A program made the translations under genes and the position numbers. Below the pieces are notes generated by a model. The model ran no database searches and was not told the DNA's origin. It was given only the letters and a program-made list of their open reading frames with translations. Positions 58,922-64,000 of a stretch of 64,000 nucleotides of DNA are shown here, piece after piece (the first letter of the stretch is position 1; the number at the start of each line of letters is the position of its first letter). The stretch covers positions 96,001-160,000 of the forward strand of contig CAVQFQ010000005.1 in assembly GCA_963711835.1 (NCBI GenBank), written 5' to 3'. The stretch comes from an uncultured delta proteobacterium (GTDB lineage Bacteria; Desulfobacterota; RBG-13-43-22).

Positions 58922-59479
58922 TCACCTTTCACTGCGTTGATAAAATGAAATGCAAGTCCGGCCGTAAGCACGTTGTTCCGACAAACCCCAACCGGTAACG
59001 CTTTCCGGGACGGATTCTCCGGCTTCATGTTCCAAGACCAATAGCCCCTGTTCGGAAACAAGGCCTTTCAGCAAGACAGCGGGGACCATCTTCTGCCCCC
59101 ATCCCCGCCCGTAGGGAGGATCCATAAAAAGGAGGTCAAAGGGGTCTCCGGCCTGGGCCAAAAAACCCACTCCCCGTCTCAAGTCCCGCTGAATCACCCG
59201 GGTCCTGGCTTCCAGATTCAAATGCCGGATATTTTTTCGGATCAAATCGACGGCCGGCTTGGAGGAGTCCACAAAAACCGCTGCGGCCGGCCAGCGGCTC
59301 AAGGCCTCCAATCCCAGGGCGCCGCTGCCGGCGAATAAATCGGCCACTTTTAAAAAAGGACCGCGGAGCTCTAATATACTAAACAGGGCCTCCCGAATCC
59401 GGTCCTGAGTGGGTCGAATACTTTGACCGGGAAGCGCGGCCAGGTGAAATCCTTTATGAGAACCGGCGATAATACGCAA
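58922..59479 (-). CDS. rsmD: 16S rRNA m2G966 methyltransferase
   Basis: MRIIAG, RPTQDRIREALF, DLFAGSGALGLEALSR and DPPY. Confidence 0.95.
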   Translation of the reverse strand: MRIIAGSHKGFHLAALPGQSIRPTQDRIREALFSILELRGPFLKVADLFAGSGALGLEALSRWPAAAVFVDSSKPAVDLIRKNIRHLNLEARTRVIQRDLRRGVGFLAQAGDPFDLLFMDPPYGRGWGQKMVPAVLLKGLVSEQGLLVLEHEAGESVPESVTGWGLSEQRAYGRTCISFYQRSER

Positions 59480-59612
59480 CTATTATAAACTCCCTGCCCG
59501 GGTTCGGGCTGCCGGCGTTTTGGCGGACAATCCTTGAAATCAAGACCCCTGAAGCCCTTTGGGAAGATTTAATATCTTAAGAGACACCCTCCTGACTCCT
59601 GTCTTCCGGTGT

Positions 59613-60620
59613 TTATTGCCGAGCCCAGAGCTCGGCGATCTGGACGGCGTTGGTCGCCGCTCCCTTGCGGATATTGTCGGATACAATCCAGAGGACGATC
59701 CCTTTATCCGTGGAAATATCCTCCCGGATCCGGCCGACGAATACCTCGTCCCGGCCTTCCGCCCTGATCGGCATCGGGTATTTTTTGGCGGCCGCATCAT
59801 CCACTACGATCACACCCGGCGCAGTTTTGAGCAGATCCCGTACTTCCTGGGGATAAAGTTTCTTTTCGGTTTCTATATTTACGGCCTCGGAATGGCCGTA
59901 AAAAACCGGCACCCGTACGGTGGTGGCGGCTACCTGAATGGACTCATCCTCCAGGATCTTTCGGGTCTCGTTGACCATCTTCATCTCTTCCTTGGTATAA
60001 TCGTTTTCCAGGAAAACATCAATATGCGGCAGGACATTATAAGCGATCTGATAGGGGTAAACCGTGCTTTCCGGGGTTTTCCCCTCCGAAAGGGCCTGAA
60101 TCTGGTTTCGTAATTCAACAACCGCTTTTTGCCCGGTGCCGGAAACGGCTTGATAGGTGGACACGATTATCCTTTTGATCCGGGCCCGGTCATGGATGGG
60201 TTTAAGGGCCACCACCATCTGGATCGTCGAGCAATTCGGATTGGCGATAATCCCCGGACCCTTCAAAATCCGCTGGGGATTGCACTCCGGAACCACCAGG
60301 GGGATCTCGGGATCCATGCGAAAGGCGCTGGAATTGTCAATCACCACGCTGCCGGCCCGGGCCGCCAGCGGTGCGAATTTCAGACTGGTTGAAGCCCCGG
60401 CTGAAAACAAGGCGATCTCGATGCCTTGAAAAGAATCTTCCTTCAACTCTTCCACCGGAATCTCCCGGCCTTTAAAGGGCAGGGTCTTGCCCAGCGAACG
60501 GGCCGAAGCCAACAATTTCAGGTTTTTGACGGGAAAATTCCTCTCTTCCAAACAGCGAATCATCTGATTCCCCACTGCGCCGGTTGCCCCGGCGACAGCC
60601 ACATGCCATAATTTGCTCAT
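59613..60620 (-). CDS. asd: Aspartate-semialdehyde dehydrogenase
   Basis: GATGAVG, DNSSAFR, NPNCSTIQ, STYQAVSG and DNIRKGAATN. Confidence 0.98.
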   Translation of the reverse strand: MSKLWHVAVAGATGAVGNQMIRCLEERNFPVKNLKLLASARSLGKTLPFKGREIPVEELKEDSFQGIEIALFSAGASTSLKFAPLAARAGSVVIDNSSAFRMDPEIPLVVPECNPQRILKGPGIIANPNCSTIQMVVALKPIHDRARIKRIIVSTYQAVSGTGQKAVVELRNQIQALSEGKTPESTVYPYQIAYNVLPHIDVFLENDYTKEEMKMVNETRKILEDESIQVAATTVRVPVFYGHSEAVNIETEKKLYPQEVRDLLKTAPGVIVVDDAAAKKYPMPIRAEGRDEVFVGRIREDISTDKGIVLWIVSDNIRKGAATNAVQIAELWARQ

Positions 60621-60668
60621 GGGAATTCGTTCTCCTTCTCGACTTGTGACTGGAAAATACTACTTCTC

Positions 60669-60770
60669 AGTACCCTAAATTCGAAATACGAAACCCGAAA
60701 TCCGAAACAAGCACAAAATTCAAAAATAGTAATGATCAAAACAAGCTTGTTTCGAATTTCGAAATTGAAA
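60669..60770. repeat. Heptamer-type (AAATCCG/AAATTCG) intergenic repeat with inverted halves
   Basis: AAATTCGAAATACGAAACCCGAAATCCGAAACAAGC...GCTTGTTTCGAATTTCGAAATT. Confidence 0.75.
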
Positions 60771-60797
60771 ACAAAAAATCAACTATTTTGTCAGGGC

Positions 60798-61868
60798 CTA
60801 CAAATACGAAACGACCAAATCCCCCACCTCCCGGGTGGTGAAGCCCATTTTACCGGCCGTCAGATCTCGGACATCCTTCTGAACAACCGATCGGACCGCC
60901 TGGTCCACTTTATGGGCGGCCTTCTCCAAACCCAAATGGGCCAGCATCATCTGAGCCGCCATGACGGCCGCCAGGGGATTGATCTGGTTCAAGCCCGTAT
61001 ACTTCGGGGCCGAGCCGCCGATGGGCTCGAACATGGATACCCCGTGAGGGTTGATATTGCCGCCGGCGGCGATACCCATGCCTCCCTGGATCATGGCCCC
61101 CAGGTCTGTAATGATATCTCCGAACAAGTTATCGGTGACGATGACATCAAACCATTCGGGGTTTTTGACCATCCACATGGAAACCGCATCCACGTGGGCA
61201 TAATCGGTCTTCACCTCGGGATAATCGGTTGAAATTTCCCTGAAGACCCGCTCCCAAAGATCAGAGGCAAAGGTCAGAACATTGGTTTTGCCGCAGAGCG
61301 TCAGCTTTTTTCTCCGGTTTCGTTTCCGGCAAAACTCAAAGGCATAACGCAGGCAGCGTTCAACCCCTTTCCGGGTGTTGATGGATTCCTGAATGGCCAC
61401 TTCATCGGGAGTACCTTTTTTCAAAAATCCCCCGGCTCCGGCATAAAGTCCTTCGGTATTCTCCCGGACCACCACAAAGTCAATATCCGCCGGCCCTTTA
61501 TCCTTCAGCGGGGTTTGGACTCCCGGGAAAAGGACTACCGGTCTTAAATTGATATACTGATCCAACTCGCGGCGGAGCTTCAACAAAAGCCCTTGCTCCA
61601 GAATGCCGGGCTTTACCTCCGGGTGGCCGATGGCCCCCAGATAAATGGCATCGGCCTGTCTTAACTCGTCCAGAACTGAGGGCAGCAGGATCTCGCCGGT
61701 CTTCAGGTAACGATCCCCCCCCAAATCATAAGGCCTGAAATCAAAGGATATCTTTTCCCTGAGGGCAACTTCCCGCAGGACCTTCAAACCCTCGGCGACC
61801 ACTTCCGGGCCGGTTCCATCTCCCGGGAGGACTGCGATTTTATATTCATTTTTCAAGCTGCTGGCCAA
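60798..61868 (-). CDS. leuB: 3-isopropylmalate dehydrogenase
   Basis: [27 protein letters not shown] and EPIGGSAP. In the leu operon. Confidence 0.95.
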   Translation of the reverse strand: MASSLKNEYKIAVLPGDGTGPEVVAEGLKVLREVALREKISFDFRPYDLGGDRYLKTGEILLPSVLDELRQADAIYLGAIGHPEVKPGILEQGLLLKLRRELDQYINLRPVVLFPGVQTPLKDKGPADIDFVVVRENTEGLYAGAGGFLKKGTPDEVAIQESINTRKGVERCLRYAFEFCRKRNRRKKLTLCGKTNVLTFASDLWERVFREISTDYPEVKTDYAHVDAVSMWMVKNPEWFDVIVTDNLFGDIITDLGAMIQGGMGIAAGGNINPHGVSMFEPIGGSAPKYTGLNQINPLAAVMAAQMMLAHLGLEKAAHKVDQAVRSVVQKDVRDLTAGKMGFTTREVGDLVVSYL

Positions 61869-61869
61869 G

Positions 61870-62412
61870 TTAATGCCTTTTCCTTTCCTGTTTCCCTTGG
61901 ATCTTGGACCGAGGTCCCCGGTCCCTTTGCTTTTTCTTAATATAAGCGATCAATCCGCCCTCATCAAGTAATTGCTGCATAAAAGGCGGAAGCGGTTCAA
62001 CCTGGAAGATTTCCCGGAGGGTCAGGTCTTCGATGATCCCCTTTTTGGAATCGATCCGGATCTGATCCCCGGTTTGGATCCGCTGCGCGGCCTCAGGGCA
62101 TTCAAAAATAAGCAGGCCCATGTTAAAGGCGTTCCGGTAGAAAATACGGGCGAAGGTTTCGGCCACCACGCAGGAAATACCGGCCCCCTTGATGGCCAAG
62201 GGCGCATGCTCCCGCGAGGAACCGCTCCCAAAATTTTTTCCGGCCACCAGGATATCCCCCTTCCGGATCTTCCTTGCAAAATCCGGATCAGCGTCCTCCA
62301 GACAATGGCGCCCCAGTTCCTTGGGGTCCGAGGTAGTCAGGTAACGGGCCGGAATGATGACATCCGTATCCAGGTGATCGCCGAATTTCCAGGCCCGGCC
62401 CTCAGCCTTCAT
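61870..62412 (-). CDS. leuD: 3-isopropylmalate dehydratase small subunit
   Basis: [20 protein letters not shown] and FARIFYRNA. Confidence 0.96.
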   Translation of the reverse strand: MKAEGRAWKFGDHLDTDVIIPARYLTTSDPKELGRHCLEDADPDFARKIRKGDILVAGKNFGSGSSREHAPLAIKGAGISCVVAETFARIFYRNAFNMGLLIFECPEAAQRIQTGDQIRIDSKKGIIEDLTLREIFQVEPLPPFMQQLLDEGGLIAYIKKKQRDRGPRSKIQGKQERKRH

Positions 62413-63694
62413 TTCGCTTTCCTTTCTTAAAACCCGGCAGGGCCTCCACCGGCCCGATCCTCCCTAAAACGGCCGAGGCCGCTGCTATGGCGGGTCCGGA
62501 CAGATAAACTTCGCTTTGCGGATGCCCCATACGCCCCACAAAATTCCGGTTGGTCGTGGCAATGGCTCTTTCCCCTTTGGCCAGAATCCCCATATGTCCG
62601 CCCAGGCAGGGACCGCAGGTCGGGGTGCTGACAATGCCGCCGGCCTCTAAAAAAATTTCGACCAGACCCTCGACTATGGCCTGACGATAAATCCAGGGTG
62701 TGGCGGGAATAACAATCAGTCGGACCCCCGGAGCCACCTTGTGCCCCTTCAGGATCCCGGCGGCGATCCGCAGATCTTCCAAACGCCCGTTGGTGCAGGA
62801 TCCGATCACGGCCTGGTCAATGGGCACCCGACCGCACTTGGAAATGGGCCGGGTCTTTTCCGGAAGATGGGGAAAGGCCACCTGGGGTTCGATGGCCTTT
62901 AAGTCGTATTCCCGAATTTCCCTGTACCCTGCCTCGGGGTCGGAGCGGTATATCCGCCCTTTTTTTTTCGACCTTTCTTTAAGGTAACGGAAGGTCGTTT
63001 CGTCCGCTTCAAAAAGGCCGGCCTTGGCCCCGGCTTCGATGGCCATGTTGGACATGGTAAAACGGTCGGCCATCGAGAGCCCGGACAGGGCCGGGCCGCT
63101 GAATTCCAAGGCCCGGTAAAGAGCGCCATCCACCCCGATATCCCCAATGGTATAGAGGATGAGATCTTTTCCAGAAACCCAGGGCCGGGGACGGCCATGA
63201 TAATACAATTTGATCGACTCCGGGACCTTGAGCCAGGTGGTGCCGGTTATCCAGGCTGCGGCCAGATCGGTACTGCCCATGCCGGTGGCAAAAGCGCCCA
63301 GGGCCCCGTAGGTACAGGTATGACTGTCGGCTCCGATGACCAGATCCCCCGGCAGGACCAGACCCTTTTCCGGCAGCAGGGCATGCTCGATGCCCATTTC
63401 CCCCAGTTCAAAAAAATAGGGGAGCTTCTGCTCCCGGGCGAAAAGACGCATCCGGCGGCATTGCTCGGCAGCCGGGATATCTTTGTTGGGCACAAAATGG
63501 TCCGGGACCAGGACCACTTTTTTTCGATCAAAGACTTTTTTGCCGCCGGCCTGGCGAAAAACATCGATGGCAATCGGGGCCGTAATATCATTGGCCAGGG
63601 TCAAATCCACTTCGGCCTCGATCAATTGCCCGGGATGGACTTTTTTATGGCCGCTGTGGGCCGCCAGAATTTTTTCGGTGATGGTTTGGGGCAT
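62402..63694 (-). CDS. leuC: 3-isopropylmalate dehydratase large subunit
   Basis: [30 protein letters not shown] and TNRNF. Confidence 0.97.
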   Translation of the reverse strand: MPQTITEKILAAHSGHKKVHPGQLIEAEVDLTLANDITAPIAIDVFRQAGGKKVFDRKKVVLVPDHFVPNKDIPAAEQCRRMRLFAREQKLPYFFELGEMGIEHALLPEKGLVLPGDLVIGADSHTCTYGALGAFATGMGSTDLAAAWITGTTWLKVPESIKLYYHGRPRPWVSGKDLILYTIGDIGVDGALYRALEFSGPALSGLSMADRFTMSNMAIEAGAKAGLFEADETTFRYLKERSKKKGRIYRSDPEAGYREIREYDLKAIEPQVAFPHLPEKTRPISKCGRVPIDQAVIGSCTNGRLEDLRIAAGILKGHKVAPGVRLIVIPATPWIYRQAIVEGLVEIFLEAGGIVSTPTCGPCLGGHMGILAKGERAIATTNRNFVGRMGHPQSEVYLSGPAIAAASAVLGRIGPVEALPGFKKGKRNEG

Positions 63695-63702
63695 AATAAG
63701 AA

Positions 63703-63812
63703 AGCGTTCAGCGTTCGGCGTAAGCAAAAAGCAATCAGCATTCAGCGGTTCGCAGGTTGGTTTTCTTTTTTTTTGCTAATAGCTGACAGCTAACTGCTGA
63801 TTGCTGGATGCT
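63703..63812. repeat. Heptamer-type (TCAGCGT/GCTGACA) intergenic inverted repeat
   Basis: AGCAATCAGCATTCAGCGG...GCTAATAGCTGACAGCTAACTGCTGATTGCT. Confidence 0.7.
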
Positions 63813-64000
63813 ATGAAAGTCGTTTAATCGGATTCTTCTTTAATGACTCCAGCCGGTTCAGGGCATTTAAATAAGCTTTGGCGCTGGCGGTAATGATATC
63901 GGAATCGGATCCCTTGCCCAGGGCCACGATCCCCTGTTCTTCGATCCGGACGTTAACCTGCCCCTGGGCATCCATGCCGCCGGTAATGGCATTGACGGAA
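63811..64000 (-). CDS. leuA: 2-isopropylmalate synthase, 3' end only
   Basis: SVNAITGGMDAQGQVNVRI...GKGSDSDIITASAKAYLNALNRL (regulatory domain), stop TAG at 63811-63813, upstream of leuC. Confidence 0.92.
   Translation of the reverse strand, partial: SVNAITGGMDAQGQVNVRIEEQGIVALGKGSDSDIITASAKAYLNALNRLESLKKNPIKRLS

Noticed and set aside
1-64000. CRISPR array
   Set aside because: No regularly spaced direct repeats with unique spacers and no cas genes were seen; the heptamer arrays are too short and degenerate.

Overview
Bacterial chromosomal window. Gene content and style suggest an anaerobic Desulfobacterota/deltaproteobacterium (inference). Most of it is housekeeping: purC, pfkA, proC, valS, panB/panE, folD, a pilT pair, recD2, cysK, a 2-oxoacid:ferredoxin oxidoreductase (four subunits), coaD, rsmD, asd, leuABCD, tRNA-Pro(GGG), a Liv-type ABC transporter with an acyl-CoA ligase, and a pan-motif-like leader. 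Accessory content: (i) a ~2 kb group II intron inserted into one arm of a REP-like multi-hairpin element; (ii) an AT-rich gene for a secreted PKD/lipase/Ig protein ending in LYLPLILRN; (iii) many small nested non-coding repeats. The most unusual signal is a ~160-215 bp non-coding cassette (GTTGTCC...GGACAAC core inside ~33 bp inverted arms that co-vary between copies). It occurs three times, inside two unrelated host repeat families, and in both orientations. An empty copy of each host also lies in this window. Many single-base frameshifts, concentrated in the first 6 kb, look like long-read or assembly errors rather than true pseudogenes. All calls were made by eye, with no database searches.
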